46,042 bases of DNA from a bacterium (GCA_012514975.1 JAAYZF010000130.1:1-46042), one strand, 5' to 3'. Shown: positions 18,881 to 28,721, counted from the stretch's first letter. Program-made: numbers and translations. Notes: a model not told the origin generated them from the sequence alone.

Positions 18881-18966
18881 TGGTGCGCGAGGGGAGACTT
18901 GAACTCCCATGGGTTTTGCCCACTAGCACCTCAAGCTAGCGTGTCTACCAATTCCACCACCCGCGC
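18881..18966 (-). tRNA. tRNA-Leu(GAG)
   Basis: GCGCGGGTGGTGGAATTGGTAGACACGCTAGCTTGAGGTGCTAG...GGGAGTTCAAGTCTCCCCTCGCGCACCA; long variable arm, GAG anticodon, encoded CCA. Confidence 0.97.
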
Positions 18967-19001
18967 AACTGGACTTCGGGCCTATGTGTACCGCAGTTAC
19001 G

Positions 19002-19030
19002 ATTATAGCCTATCGCGCGCGGCTTGTCAA
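19002..19030 (-). promoter_or_regulatory. Consensus sigma70 promoter for tRNA-Leu-tatA-tatC
   Basis: Minus strand TTGACA-N17-TATAAT. Confidence 0.88.
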
Positions 19031-19079
19031 CGGTATGGCGGCGTGTGAGGCCTTGAGCGCGGGCGGCGGCCGTGCGCCG

Positions 19080-21572
19080 TCACCGCATGCCCCGCGTCCA
19101 GTTCCGCCGCAACGCCGGCAGCAGGGCAAGAAGAAGCGCGACCCACACGGGTTCCGGCACAAGGATGACGTCGTTGCCCACCGGTTGCGTGCCTGTAGCG
19201 GCGCGATTGACGGGCACGCACTGGCTCATCCCGTCAGCGTGGATCATCACGTGGTCGCACCCCCCGGGCACGCGCACGGAGAAGAAGCCTGAACGGCTGA
19301 GGGCGCCCAGCACAAGGCTGTCCGTTCCCGCGGCGCGGGCCGCGCGGGCCGCGACAGGCGCCTCGATGACGCCGTCCGCCGGCGCCGTGCCGCTGACGGC
19401 CGAGACAACCGAGCCGCAGAGGTACACCTCGCCGCCGTCGATGAACACGTCGGCCATGCCGCCATCCGCCGTGTTGGTCAGCACCGTTGTCGTCGAACGA
19501 TACCCATCGGCCTCGGCGACGAGCACATGGGTCGGTGCGCCTGGCGCATCGGTCTCGGGCGGCGGGAGGGCGGTGAAGGCGAAGATGCCGTTGGCATCGG
19601 CGATCGCCTGCCGGGCGCCGAACCAGACGCGCGCGCCTGCGACGGGCACGTGCGCGCCGCGCGAGCGAACGGTGCCGGAGAGGGCCACCGTGGCATTGGT
19701 CTGGCGGAGCGTATGGACGTCGGTCAGGACAGTGTGATTGATCTGTGCGGGTGTCCTGCGGACGCAACGGGACGTCCAGCCGTCTTTCATGAACACGAGG
19801 TAGTGGCTGCCTTCTTCAGCCTCATCGACCGGCCATGCCTTGGGTATGCGGCCGAACGAGTATCCGCCCGCCTCGTTGCATTCCGCCGCGATGCGCGCGC
19901 CGCGAATCAGCAGGATGACGGAGGCGCCGGGGACGCCGCTTGACATCTTCGCCGCGTCAACCAGCCAGCCGCCGTAGGCGTACGTGGTCACCGGAAAGAG
20001 GAACGGGTAATGCACGCCCGACGTGGTGCTCGCTGATGTCGAGAAGTAGTAGTTCGACAGCTCGTGCTCCTGGAGGTTCACGGTGCGCTGGAGCTGCACG
20101 GAGCAGAGCGCGCCCGTGGGCCGGTCGAGGTGCAGCCAGCCGTCGCCATCCGAGCGTGTCGCCAGCGTGTCGTCGGGCGCGCCAAAGGCGTTGGTGTTGC
20201 CTGGATAGCCGGCGGTGGCATACGCGCCCCAGACGGGCAGAGGCGCCTGGAAGCCTTCGGCCATGGCGGCGCCGCGGATGCCGGGAACAGTGATCGCCAC
20301 CGTGGCCGGCGCGCTGCGGTGCCGGCCGTTGTTGGCAATGACGGAGAAGCGATAGACTCCGGGCACGGCAAGCGGCCCGAGCGCGAGCTCGCTGTTCGTG
20401 GCGGCTGCGGGCGCGGGAATGACCGACAGCGGGTTTTCAGGGCTTTCATGCCATTCGACAGCAAGCGGCCCGGGACCGGCGTCAGGATCTGACGGCAACG
20501 CGCGAAGGCTGACATCGTGCATGGGCATGCGATGTGCATCAAACGACTGGCCGGGCGCCCATGCGCTCCATGCGCCGTTGGTCCGCCAGGCGGCCAGCAC
20601 GGCCGGCGGCTGGTTCGAGACAATCAACCCGGCGACAGCCTGCGCGCTGAGCGGCGCGTTGAACGTGCCTTCAGCCCCTGTCCACGTGTCGGAGACAATG
20701 CAGACGATGTAGCTGTCATGCGTCTCGGCGAAGACGAACGTTGCCGTCGGCGACGCGCTTGCCGGGGTAAACGGCCCGTCGGGCGGGTTGAACTGCCAGG
20801 AGAAGACGAACTGCTCCTGCGGATTTGGGTCGGACGCAGTTGCCCAGACCGTCACCGTGCCGCCGGGCGTGACGAGGTACGGGCCGTTCGCGTTCACACG
20901 CGGCGGCGAGTTCCACACCTGGAAACGGCGCCATGTGTCGATGCTGGTGCGCCCATGCTCATCCTTTGAGACGAGGGACAAGTCGATGTCGGCAGGTTCC
21001 TTGAAGGTCGTGTGTGCGGAAGGGCCCGTACCGAGGGCCTGGGACTCCGGAGGCGCCGAGTCGTTGTAGTTCGTCACCCAGTACAGCGTGCCGCCCCACC
21101 CGGCGCTGAGCCGCGCGTCCAGGTGGTACGGCAGGCCGGCGAATGCGCGCGGCGCGCCGCTTATGACGGGATGGAGCGTGGCGACACCCTCGACAACGGC
21201 GGCCACGACGAACGATGTCTCTGACACTCCGCCGCCGGCAACGATCACCATGCCTGTGTACGTGCCAAGCGCCGCCAGCACATCGCGCCGGATGGTCACG
21301 GGCACGGTGTTCGGCGCCGTGCCGAGCACGATGCCGTTTGTCGCTTCGAGCACGAACCATGGCGCGGCCGCGCCGAACGCCGCCGACGCGTTCCACGCAA
21401 TGCCGGTCGGGGACGGCGTGGTGACCGTGCACGCGCTGGTGAGATTGCTGACGCCGGCGTCGATGAGCGGCGGGAGGAGACTGAGCTTGCCCGCCGCGGC
21501 CGTGCGGGAGACGGCCCAGACTGCCATCGGCAGCAGGGCGGCACGCAGGATGTGTATGCGGATTCGTTTCAT
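19080..21572 (-). CDS. PEP-CTERM surface protein with Ig-like/PKD and carboxypeptidase-regulatory-like beta-sandwich domains
   Basis: Signal peptide MKRIRIHILRAALLPMAVW; C-terminal ILVPEP-hydrophobic-RR tail; NGPY/SDP PKD-like segments; paralogous to 25017-28022. Confidence 0.8.
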   Translation of the reverse strand: MKRIRIHILRAALLPMAVWAVSRTAAAGKLSLLPPLIDAGVSNLTSACTVTTPSPTGIAWNASAAFGAAAPWFVLEATNGIVLGTAPNTVPVTIRRDVLAALGTYTGMVIVAGGGVSETSFVVAAVVEGVATLHPVISGAPRAFAGLPYHLDARLSAGWGGTLYWVTNYNDSAPPESQALGTGPSAHTTFKEPADIDLSLVSKDEHGRTSIDTWRRFQVWNSPPRVNANGPYLVTPGGTVTVWATASDPNPQEQFVFSWQFNPPDGPFTPASASPTATFVFAETHDSYIVCIVSDTWTGAEGTFNAPLSAQAVAGLIVSNQPPAVLAAWRTNGAWSAWAPGQSFDAHRMPMHDVSLRALPSDPDAGPGPLAVEWHESPENPLSVIPAPAAATNSELALGPLAVPGVYRFSVIANNGRHRSAPATVAITVPGIRGAAMAEGFQAPLPVWGAYATAGYPGNTNAFGAPDDTLATRSDGDGWLHLDRPTGALCSVQLQRTVNLQEHELSNYYFSTSASTTSGVHYPFLFPVTTYAYGGWLVDAAKMSSGVPGASVILLIRGARIAAECNEAGGYSFGRIPKAWPVDEAEEGSHYLVFMKDGWTSRCVRRTPAQINHTVLTDVHTLRQTNATVALSGTVRSRGAHVPVAGARVWFGARQAIADANGIFAFTALPPPETDAPGAPTHVLVAEADGYRSTTTVLTNTADGGMADVFIDGGEVYLCGSVVSAVSGTAPADGVIEAPVAARAARAAGTDSLVLGALSRSGFFSVRVPGGCDHVMIHADGMSQCVPVNRAATGTQPVGNDVILVPEPVWVALLLALLPALRRNWTRGMR

Positions 21573-21573
21573 G

Positions 21574-24500
21574 TCAACGCCATTCCCCAAGGAGAACGAA
21601 GCCGGCCCAGAACGCCGGATGGGTGAACCGCCTGTCGGACCTGAGGGCGCGTTTCGCCTGGTTGAGCGCCGCAAGCGTGTTGGTCGCGCCAAGTCCGGCG
21701 TAATACTCGCGGACGAGAGTGGTGGTGCTGGCATCCTCGAGGTTCCACAGCGCGGCCGTCACGCGCGTCGTGCCGGCATGGAAGAAGGCGCGCGCAAGTG
21801 CCGAGATGCCGTGCGCGTACTCGCGCTGGTCAACATAGCCGGTGAAGCAGGCTGAGAGGGTGACCATGTCGGCATTCATGCGCAGGCCCATGATCTCGCG
21901 CGCGGCGAGGAAGCCGTCATCGCTGTCGTCGCCGTAGAGCGAGAGCACGAGGCAGGGCTCCGGGATGCCGCGCACGTCGCCGGGCAGCAGCGCGTGCGTG
22001 GCGAAATGGACATAGCGGTTGCTGAGCAGCGCGCCGGTGGCGCTCAACGACTTCAGTGCGCTTTCGCGCGCGTCAGCGCCGACGAAGACGCTGACCGGCG
22101 TTCTGCGCGTCCGCAGCAGGCCGGCGATGCCCTCCACTTCCCTCCGCGACGACGGCAGCGGCACGATCAGCGTCAGTTCCTTGTCAGGGATGAACATGGC
22201 CGCGGGATCCGCGCCGCGCATGCGCAGGCCCGAGCGCATCGCGAGAGGCGCGAGCGCGCCTTCGCCGCCGGCGCCTGTGCCGGCGTACTGGCGCGGCGTC
22301 ACCACGGGGTCGCCGAACAGGACCGCGCCCGTGCCCGAGTGCGCAGCAGTGATGCGCGCCTCATCGTTTTCCCGTATCTGGCGCAGCACACGGGCCGATG
22401 GCACGTACGCAACGGGCACTGAGTCGCCCAGGTAGTCGAGCGCGGCGAACGTGGCGCCTGTGCGCGAGCGGAGGAGCGCGTCAAAGGGGATGGTGGCCAG
22501 GCAATCGTGCGGGATGACGTAGACAGCCGTGCACTTCGAGAGATCGCGGCCGGCAAGAAGCGGCGCCACGACATCGGCATACAATCCGGCGGCGCACTGG
22601 ACGTACGCGTTCATTGGCGCCGTGGTTGCGCCAGGTGTCAGCACGTCGCGGAACGCGGCCACGCGCCGGCGCAGCGCAGCCCGGCCAGGTGCGAGGGCAT
22701 GGAAGCGTGCTTCGTCCTTCGTGATCGCGCAGGCGTAGAGGCCGTTCTGCCCAACCCAATAGCAGAGCGCAAGCTCGCCGGGCGCCAGCACTGTGCTCTG
22801 AAACGCGGCGAGGTCGAGCCGGGCAGGCTGGCAGAGCGATGCATAGCGCGGATAGCGCACCGCGAACTCGGCACGGAGTGCCCGCAACTGCGCGCGGAGC
22901 GGCGCAAGGGCGAGTTCCGCCTGCGTGGCATCGAGTGCGGCGCCCGGCGCATCACCGCGCAGGGCGGTCGCGTCCTTCCTCGCCTCGAGCAGGTGTGTCT
23001 CGCCGTCGAGGCTGGCGAGTCTCCCGGCATCAGCGCGGGAGAGGCCTGCGCGCTGGGCAGCATCGAGGTCCACCAGCTCATCGAGCATCTCCCGCGCGCG
23101 CGCAGTTTCCATCGCGGCAAAGGCGAGCGCGGCGTCCGCGGACGGCGCGGCGCGGCGCGGCCGCCGCGCGGCAACGGCGGCCAGCGTGTCCGCACACAAC
23201 GTCTCCATGTCCGCGTTCATCCGCTCGCGCAACGCCGCCGGGCCGGCCGCGGCGAATGCGCCGTCAAGCACGCGCAACGCGCGGACGTACAGGGCGACCG
23301 CATGGCCGGTGTTGCCCTTGCGCGCCGCGCATGCAGCCACGCGCGCAAGTGCGTCCGCCGTGTCCGGGTGGAGTGGCCCGAGCGCCGCTCCGCGGATGTG
23401 GAGCGCTTCTTTGTACGCCTGTTCCGCAAGGTGTTTGCTTCCCTGCAGCAGGAAGGCATCACCCAGGCACTGAATGGTCGCCGCGACATCGGGATGGCGC
23501 GGGCCAAGGACACGTTCCTGCAAGGCGCGCGCCCGGAGGGCAAGGGCGCTGCCGGCCGCGCCGTTGCTCAGCGCGCACTGCACAGCCGCCATGCGGCAGA
23601 GCACGCGCGCCACGGCGGGGTGGTTCGTACCGAGCGACGCCTCGAGGATGGCCAGTGCCGCTTCATGCTCCCGCGCCGCGTCCGCGTAACGCCCCTGATC
23701 CTCGTACAGCCGGGCGAGGCTGCCGCGCGATTCGCCGACGGCGCGATGGGCGGGCCCGAACACGTGTGTCCGGATGGCCAGCGCCCGCAGGTACAATGTT
23801 TCCGCCTCGGCGTACTTCCCCTGCCGGCGGCAGAATGCGGCGAAATCGTTGAGCGTCGAGGCAACGGCGGGGTGATTGCTGCCGTGCGCCTGCTCGCACG
23901 CCTGAACTGCGACGGCATACTGGTCTTCAGCGTCGGCATAGCGGCCCAGGGCCGCGTATACGCCGGCGAGATTGCGCGACACGGTGGCCACGCGCGGATG
24001 CCGCGGCCCGAGCGTGTTCGTGTAGACATCAAGCGCCTCAAGGTACAAGCGGAGCGCCTCATCATACCTGCCGCCGTCGTGGCACAGGACCGCCATGTCG
24101 TTGATCGTCGCCGCGGTGTCCAGGTCGCGGCCGCCGAGGTGCTCGCGGCGCAGCGACAGCGCGCGGCCGTACTCCGTGCGCGCTGGCGCATAGTGCCCCG
24201 TGTCGGCGAGAAGGAAGGCCAGATTGTTCCGCAGGACGGCTTCGTCAAGGACGTTCGACCCGGCGGCGGCCGCGGAGATCCCTTCCAGAAACAGCCCTTC
24301 CGCAATGGCGTGGTTGCCCAGGATGCGTTCGATCTCGGCAAGATTGTTGATGGACTGGGCGACAAGCGCGCTCTCCGGCGGCAGTGCTGCGCGACGGATA
24401 TCGAGCGCGGCCCGATGGTGTCTCCGCGCGCGAGGGTATGCGCCCAAGTGGCGGCAGACTTCGCCAAGGTTGTTGAGGCACGTCGCCACGCGCAAGTCGT

Positions 24501-24978
24501 CCGCCAAACCCTCCGCGCGGTAGATCGCGGTGGCACGCTCGAGCAACGGCTCGGCCTCGGCATAGCGCCCCTGGTTGACGCGCAGCGAGGCAAGGTTGTT
24601 CAGCGCCTGCGCAACGCCCGGGTCCTCCGCGCCAGTCGCTTGCTCGCGCACACGGAGCACGCGCAGCAGCAGCGGCTCGGCCTCGGCATAGCGGTGCGTG
24701 AGCACGTACAGCGAACCGAGGATGTTGAGGCAGACCGCAGTGTTCGTGCCGTCGCCGCCGTAGAGCGCGGTGGCCGCTTCGACTGCGCGCTGTGCAGGCT
24801 CGATCGCCTCCTGGTAGCGCCCGGCGGCGAAGCAGGCGTTGACTTCGGTGTAGAGCTCGTCCAGCGCATCGGTCTCCGCCCCCGCCGCGCACAACGCGAG
24901 CATGCAGAGCGGCAGCGCGCGCTTCAGCCCTGCATGGAAGCCGCGCCGGCAGAGAAAAAGTACCCGGATGCGCGTCAT
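21574..24978 (-). CDS. TPR-CHAT domain protease (caspase/separase clan CD) with N-terminal signal peptide
   Basis: More than 10 TPR repeats (LNNLA..Y...GRYAEAE), then the CHAT motifs VIPHDCLATIPFDAL, LFGDP, VHFATHA (His), VTLSACFT (Cys), AFFHAG and THPAFWAGFVLLGE. Confidence 0.92.
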   Translation of the reverse strand: MTRIRVLFLCRRGFHAGLKRALPLCMLALCAAGAETDALDELYTEVNACFAAGRYQEAIEPAQRAVEAATALYGGDGTNTAVCLNILGSLYVLTHRYAEAEPLLLRVLRVREQATGAEDPGVAQALNNLASLRVNQGRYAEAEPLLERATAIYRAEGLADDLRVATCLNNLGEVCRHLGAYPRARRHHRAALDIRRAALPPESALVAQSINNLAEIERILGNHAIAEGLFLEGISAAAAGSNVLDEAVLRNNLAFLLADTGHYAPARTEYGRALSLRREHLGGRDLDTAATINDMAVLCHDGGRYDEALRLYLEALDVYTNTLGPRHPRVATVSRNLAGVYAALGRYADAEDQYAVAVQACEQAHGSNHPAVASTLNDFAAFCRRQGKYAEAETLYLRALAIRTHVFGPAHRAVGESRGSLARLYEDQGRYADAAREHEAALAILEASLGTNHPAVARVLCRMAAVQCALSNGAAGSALALRARALQERVLGPRHPDVAATIQCLGDAFLLQGSKHLAEQAYKEALHIRGAALGPLHPDTADALARVAACAARKGNTGHAVALYVRALRVLDGAFAAAGPAALRERMNADMETLCADTLAAVAARRPRRAAPSADAALAFAAMETARAREMLDELVDLDAAQRAGLSRADAGRLASLDGETHLLEARKDATALRGDAPGAALDATQAELALAPLRAQLRALRAEFAVRYPRYASLCQPARLDLAAFQSTVLAPGELALCYWVGQNGLYACAITKDEARFHALAPGRAALRRRVAAFRDVLTPGATTAPMNAYVQCAAGLYADVVAPLLAGRDLSKCTAVYVIPHDCLATIPFDALLRSRTGATFAALDYLGDSVPVAYVPSARVLRQIRENDEARITAAHSGTGAVLFGDPVVTPRQYAGTGAGGEGALAPLAMRSGLRMRGADPAAMFIPDKELTLIVPLPSSRREVEGIAGLLRTRRTPVSVFVGADARESALKSLSATGALLSNRYVHFATHALLPGDVRGIPEPCLVLSLYGDDSDDGFLAAREIMGLRMNADMVTLSACFTGYVDQREYAHGISALARAFFHAGTTRVTAALWNLEDASTTTLVREYYAGLGATNTLAALNQAKRALRSDRRFTHPAFWAGFVLLGEWR

Positions 24979-25016
24979 GATACCGTGAACGGTCGCGCGT
25001 GTTGCGCTGGACAGGT

Positions 25017-28000
25017 TCAGCGCCGGCAGCGCCGCAGACGCCTTAAGCCCGGCAGGCCAAGCGCCAGGCCGCCAAGCCAGCCGGCCGGCTCGGGAATCGG
25101 CAGGATGATGTCACGCTTCGTGTGGTCATTCACATCGACCGTCACCGTGACCGGCTCGAAATCAGGCGAGGAAACAACGTAGGAGCGTGTGCCTTTGGCA
25201 ACCATCACATCGTAGTAGCCTGCGCCCGAGGCGGCGGTACCCGGCACCGGCATCCGGCCGGCCGCCCACGCGCCGCGCACAGACGCCTGTACGCTGTCGA
25301 CCATTACCGATGCATTCGTGACCGGGATGCCGTTGATGTCGTAGATCTGCCCGTAGACACTCACTTCGCCGCCGTGGATCACGAGATCAAGATTCGTGGT
25401 GCCGGACAACAGGTTGATATCGCCCACCATCGTACGCGTGAACCCGTCCCTGGCCAGCACGACAAGATACTCCCCGTCCGGCACGGCCAGCGGGCCGAAC
25501 GTGCCGTCGCCTGCCGTCACCGCCGACCACCCATTGCCAAAGTCCACCGTCACGTCTGCCACGGGCAGCCCGGACAACTGGCCGCGGACAGTGCCATGCA
25601 CCTCCGCGTTCCCCGCCGACGGCTGGACAGCGATCACTTCGCTGTTCATGTTCATGTTCAGCCGCATGGCACGCACGACGCTGCGCCAGCCGGCCTTCTG
25701 CACACGGACAAGATACTCGTCTCCATCAAGCGGCCAGCTCTCCGGCACCATGCCGTAGCCGAACGCGCCGATGGCATCCGCCTGGACGGGCATGCCGTTG
25801 CCGATAAGCAGCTCCGTCTGCGCATAGGGCAGGCCGACGTACGCGGCAGGCGTGCCCGTAACGATCTGGCCGGCATAGATGTAGCAGGTTGGCAGCAGGT
25901 AGACGTTCTTCGAGTATCGCCCGCCGGGGTCAATATCGATTGTCACATTCTGCCGGTCAAAACGCCGTTTCAACTCGGCAACCTGCGGCCCGGCGCCGGC
26001 ATCAACCAGGAATGCTCCACTGCGGTCCGTGCGGCCCATGTGCGCGTTGCCGGTAAATGTGTTGGTCACCGTCACCTCGACGCCCCACAGGGGCACTCTG
26101 CCTGCAAAGCCCTCGCAGATGACTTGGCCATGCCATCCTGGCACGCGCACGACAAGCGTTGCAAGCGCACTCAGGTACTCCCCGTCGAAAACGGCCAGAT
26201 GGAACCTGTAAGTGCCAGGCTTGTTCAGCGGGTCTGTGGTGACAACCGGATCGTGGAGCCTGCCGGCGGGTATCGCGGGTTTCTGCGGATTGGCAACATC
26301 CTCCCGCCAGTCGAAATAGAGCACCGGATTCGGCTTCATGTCGGGATCGCTCGATGCGCTGCCGTCGAGCGTCACTGTGCAGCCCAGCCCCGGGAGATTT
26401 GTGCTGGCCGCTCCGGAGCCTGCAAGCACCGCGCGCGCCGCGGGTGGTGCGTTGGCCGGATCTATCAGTACGGTCGCCGTGTCCGAGCCGGCCGCGCCAT
26501 GCTGGTCGCGCACCTCGCACGCGGCAACGTAGCTGCCGGCAGCGGCATAGGTGTGTGCGATGACGAAGAGGTTCGACCACGGCGTATCCCAGACCGCGTC
26601 TCCGTCGAAGTTCCAGCGGCATTCATGCGTGTCATGGATGCCCGGGTCGGATACAAGCGCCGCCAGGAACGTGTTGGTGCCTGCGCGGCCGCTGTACGGC
26701 CCGCCAAGCTCGACCGTGGGCGCCACGTTGTACACCGTGAGCAGCGTGCTGTCGGAGGCGGTGTGCGGCGGGCTGTTGCTGTCGCGGACAGTCAGCGTAA
26801 CGTCGCAGACGCCTGCGTCGTATGTATCTGTATAGGTAAAGGCCGCGTTGCTGCTGTCGTAGGGCGTGGCGAAGCCGGCGCCCACTTCCCACCGGTACTG
26901 CAGGCCCTGCCCGAAGGAGCCGACCGCGGTAAACGCCGCAGGCGTTCCCTGGTCGACCACATACGGGCCATTTGCCTCCGCGCAGGCCAGGTTGCCCGCG
27001 GTCGCCTCGACCGTCGCCGTGATGACGATCTTTCCGCCTGTAGACGGCGTGATTGTCACAAAGCCCTCGTACGTGCCGGGAACGAGGGAAGAGCGGTTGG
27101 CAAGGAGGAGCACGCCCACGTTGTCCATGGCGACAGTGCCGCCCGGCGGCCACACGGAGAGCCACGATCCGCCCTGGCTGACGGCGGTGGTGAAGCCGTA
27201 TGAGCCGGCGCCCGCGTTGCCGCAATAGGCAAACCGCGTCGAGTGGTTCGTCGAGAAATCAAGATGCGTCGGCCAGACCGTCGGGACGGGAAGGGGGTCG
27301 GCGCCACTGTAGGCATCCAGGGCAACTTCCTCGGGCGTCAGCACCCGGTCCCAGATCTTCACCTCGTCTACTTGTCCTTGGAGATAGCCCCAGCCCCACG
27401 AATTGAAACCGCCGATTGTGACCTGTTCGTCGTTCGTGATGATCGTTGCCGTCGGCCAGTTGGTCTCCGCGCAGGCAAGCCCGTTGGTGTAGACAATTAA
27501 CGATAGAGGCGTCATGCAAACGGCGATATGGGTCCATGCGGTACGCCCTATGCGTGGTGCGTCTATCGAGTACTCAGAACTGCCGCTGCCGTTCGCTACC
27601 GCCACATAGATGCCGTTATCCGGAATCAGGTGAACGTACCATCCGGAAAAGCGGTTCAACCACTTGCCGAGCACCCGGTTCATGCCACTCGGAGCGTCGG
27701 AAGTCGGTGTCTTGAGCCAGAGGCTCACCGTTGCATTTGAGCTGCTGAACGCTTCATGGTGCGGCACTGATATGTAGTCGTCCAGCCCGTCGAAGCTGAA
27801 GCATCCGCCTTTTACGCCCGCCGGGCTCCACGTGGCGCCGAAGTTCGTGCCGGCATGCCCGTGGCCGGTCGCATCATGCACGGTTGACGACGGGGTGTCA
27901 AAAGGCCAATGTGCAATGAGCCCCTGCGACAGGTCCCCCTCCGCGCTCGCCGCGGCAAGAAGCCACACGCCAAGGCCTGTGACCGCACATGCCGTACCCC

Positions 28001-28022
28001 GCCCGCATCTGAGTATCCCCAT
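25017..28022 (-). CDS. PEP-CTERM surface protein with LamG-like, BACON/PKD and carboxypeptidase-regulatory-like domains
   Basis: GLIAHWPFD...FDGLDDYI...WTHIAV...GQVDEVKIWDRVLT (LamG-like), WNFDGDAVWD/HTYAAAGSY (PKD), TLDGSASSDPD and a C-terminal LPIPEP-hydrophobic-RRLRR tail. Confidence 0.85.
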   Translation of the reverse strand: MGILRCGRGTACAVTGLGVWLLAAASAEGDLSQGLIAHWPFDTPSSTVHDATGHGHAGTNFGATWSPAGVKGGCFSFDGLDDYISVPHHEAFSSSNATVSLWLKTPTSDAPSGMNRVLGKWLNRFSGWYVHLIPDNGIYVAVANGSGSSEYSIDAPRIGRTAWTHIAVCMTPLSLIVYTNGLACAETNWPTATIITNDEQVTIGGFNSWGWGYLQGQVDEVKIWDRVLTPEEVALDAYSGADPLPVPTVWPTHLDFSTNHSTRFAYCGNAGAGSYGFTTAVSQGGSWLSVWPPGGTVAMDNVGVLLLANRSSLVPGTYEGFVTITPSTGGKIVITATVEATAGNLACAEANGPYVVDQGTPAAFTAVGSFGQGLQYRWEVGAGFATPYDSSNAAFTYTDTYDAGVCDVTLTVRDSNSPPHTASDSTLLTVYNVAPTVELGGPYSGRAGTNTFLAALVSDPGIHDTHECRWNFDGDAVWDTPWSNLFVIAHTYAAAGSYVAACEVRDQHGAAGSDTATVLIDPANAPPAARAVLAGSGAASTNLPGLGCTVTLDGSASSDPDMKPNPVLYFDWREDVANPQKPAIPAGRLHDPVVTTDPLNKPGTYRFHLAVFDGEYLSALATLVVRVPGWHGQVICEGFAGRVPLWGVEVTVTNTFTGNAHMGRTDRSGAFLVDAGAGPQVAELKRRFDRQNVTIDIDPGGRYSKNVYLLPTCYIYAGQIVTGTPAAYVGLPYAQTELLIGNGMPVQADAIGAFGYGMVPESWPLDGDEYLVRVQKAGWRSVVRAMRLNMNMNSEVIAVQPSAGNAEVHGTVRGQLSGLPVADVTVDFGNGWSAVTAGDGTFGPLAVPDGEYLVVLARDGFTRTMVGDINLLSGTTNLDLVIHGGEVSVYGQIYDINGIPVTNASVMVDSVQASVRGAWAAGRMPVPGTAASGAGYYDVMVAKGTRSYVVSSPDFEPVTVTVDVNDHTKRDIILPIPEPAGWLGGLALGLPGLRRLRRCRR

Positions 28023-28053
28023 GGCAACCTCGTGTGTTGCGTACAAAACGGAA

Positions 28054-28081
28054 CGGACGGCACGCGCTAATCAACGGTGCC
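28054..28081 (-). promoter_or_regulatory. Candidate ECF-sigma-dependent promoter
   Basis: Minus strand GGCACC-N16-CGTCCG upstream of the LamG PEP-CTERM gene; same core as 28681-28708. Confidence 0.45.
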
Positions 28082-28133
28082 GGCCGGCCTCCCTCGCGCA
28101 AACGTCATCGCTCACATATGCTGATCCAACTCG

Positions 28134-28640
28134 TCAGTTAACTGCGTCACCGGGTGACGCATTCGTTGCGCCTGCCGGTTCGTTCGTTTCCGTGCAAGGG
28201 GCATGCACACCGCGGAATACAAGCGGCGCAGTCTCGTCGCCCCTGTTGCTGCCCGGCCGCGCGTCCATGCCATGCCAGCATGCGAAATACAGCGCGGCCA
28301 TGCAAAGGCATGCGGCTGCTGCCACGGCCGCAATGCCCCATGGCCGCCTGATCGAGTGTATCACGCCCTGCGTTGCCAGAACCACCTGCTGGAACAGGGG
28401 AACCCGGGGAATCCCCAGCGAATCCGCCGGCGCAGCCTCAAGCGCCCGCACCAGCTCCGCCACGTCAGGACGGGCGCTGCACAGGGCCGCAAGGCGCTCT
28501 TCCTCGTCAGGCGTGCTGACGCCCTCGACATGCCGGCTGACGAGCAGATAATCGACTCCCTCGATGTGCGAGGCCGTTGCCCGTTCCCTGGCTGATGCAA
28601 AGAGCCTGTCAAGCCTGCTCTGTACCGTTTTGTCGTCCAT
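28134..28640 (-). CDS. Putative transmembrane anti-sigma factor
   Basis: Directly downstream of the ECF sigma. N-terminal degenerate anti-sigma-like helices (LLVSRHVEGVSTPDEEERL), one TM (WGIAAVAAAACLCMAALYF) and a short tail with NRG and VFRG. Confidence 0.65.
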   Translation of the reverse strand: MDDKTVQSRLDRLFASARERATASHIEGVDYLLVSRHVEGVSTPDEEERLAALCSARPDVAELVRALEAAPADSLGIPRVPLFQQVVLATQGVIHSIRRPWGIAAVAAAACLCMAALYFACWHGMDARPGSNRGDETAPLVFRGVHAPCTETNEPAGATNASPGDAVN

Positions 28641-28680
28641 GATCAACCTTCCTTGGCTGCTATATCCTCTCTCATAAGTA

Positions 28681-28708
28681 TATACGCACGCCAAGGGGAT
28701 TTGGTGCA
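28681..28708 (-). promoter_or_regulatory. Candidate ECF-sigma-dependent promoter
   Basis: Minus strand TGCACC-N16-CGTATA in the sigma/anti-sigma spacer. Confidence 0.45.
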
Positions 28709-28721
28709 CGAAACCGGCAGG

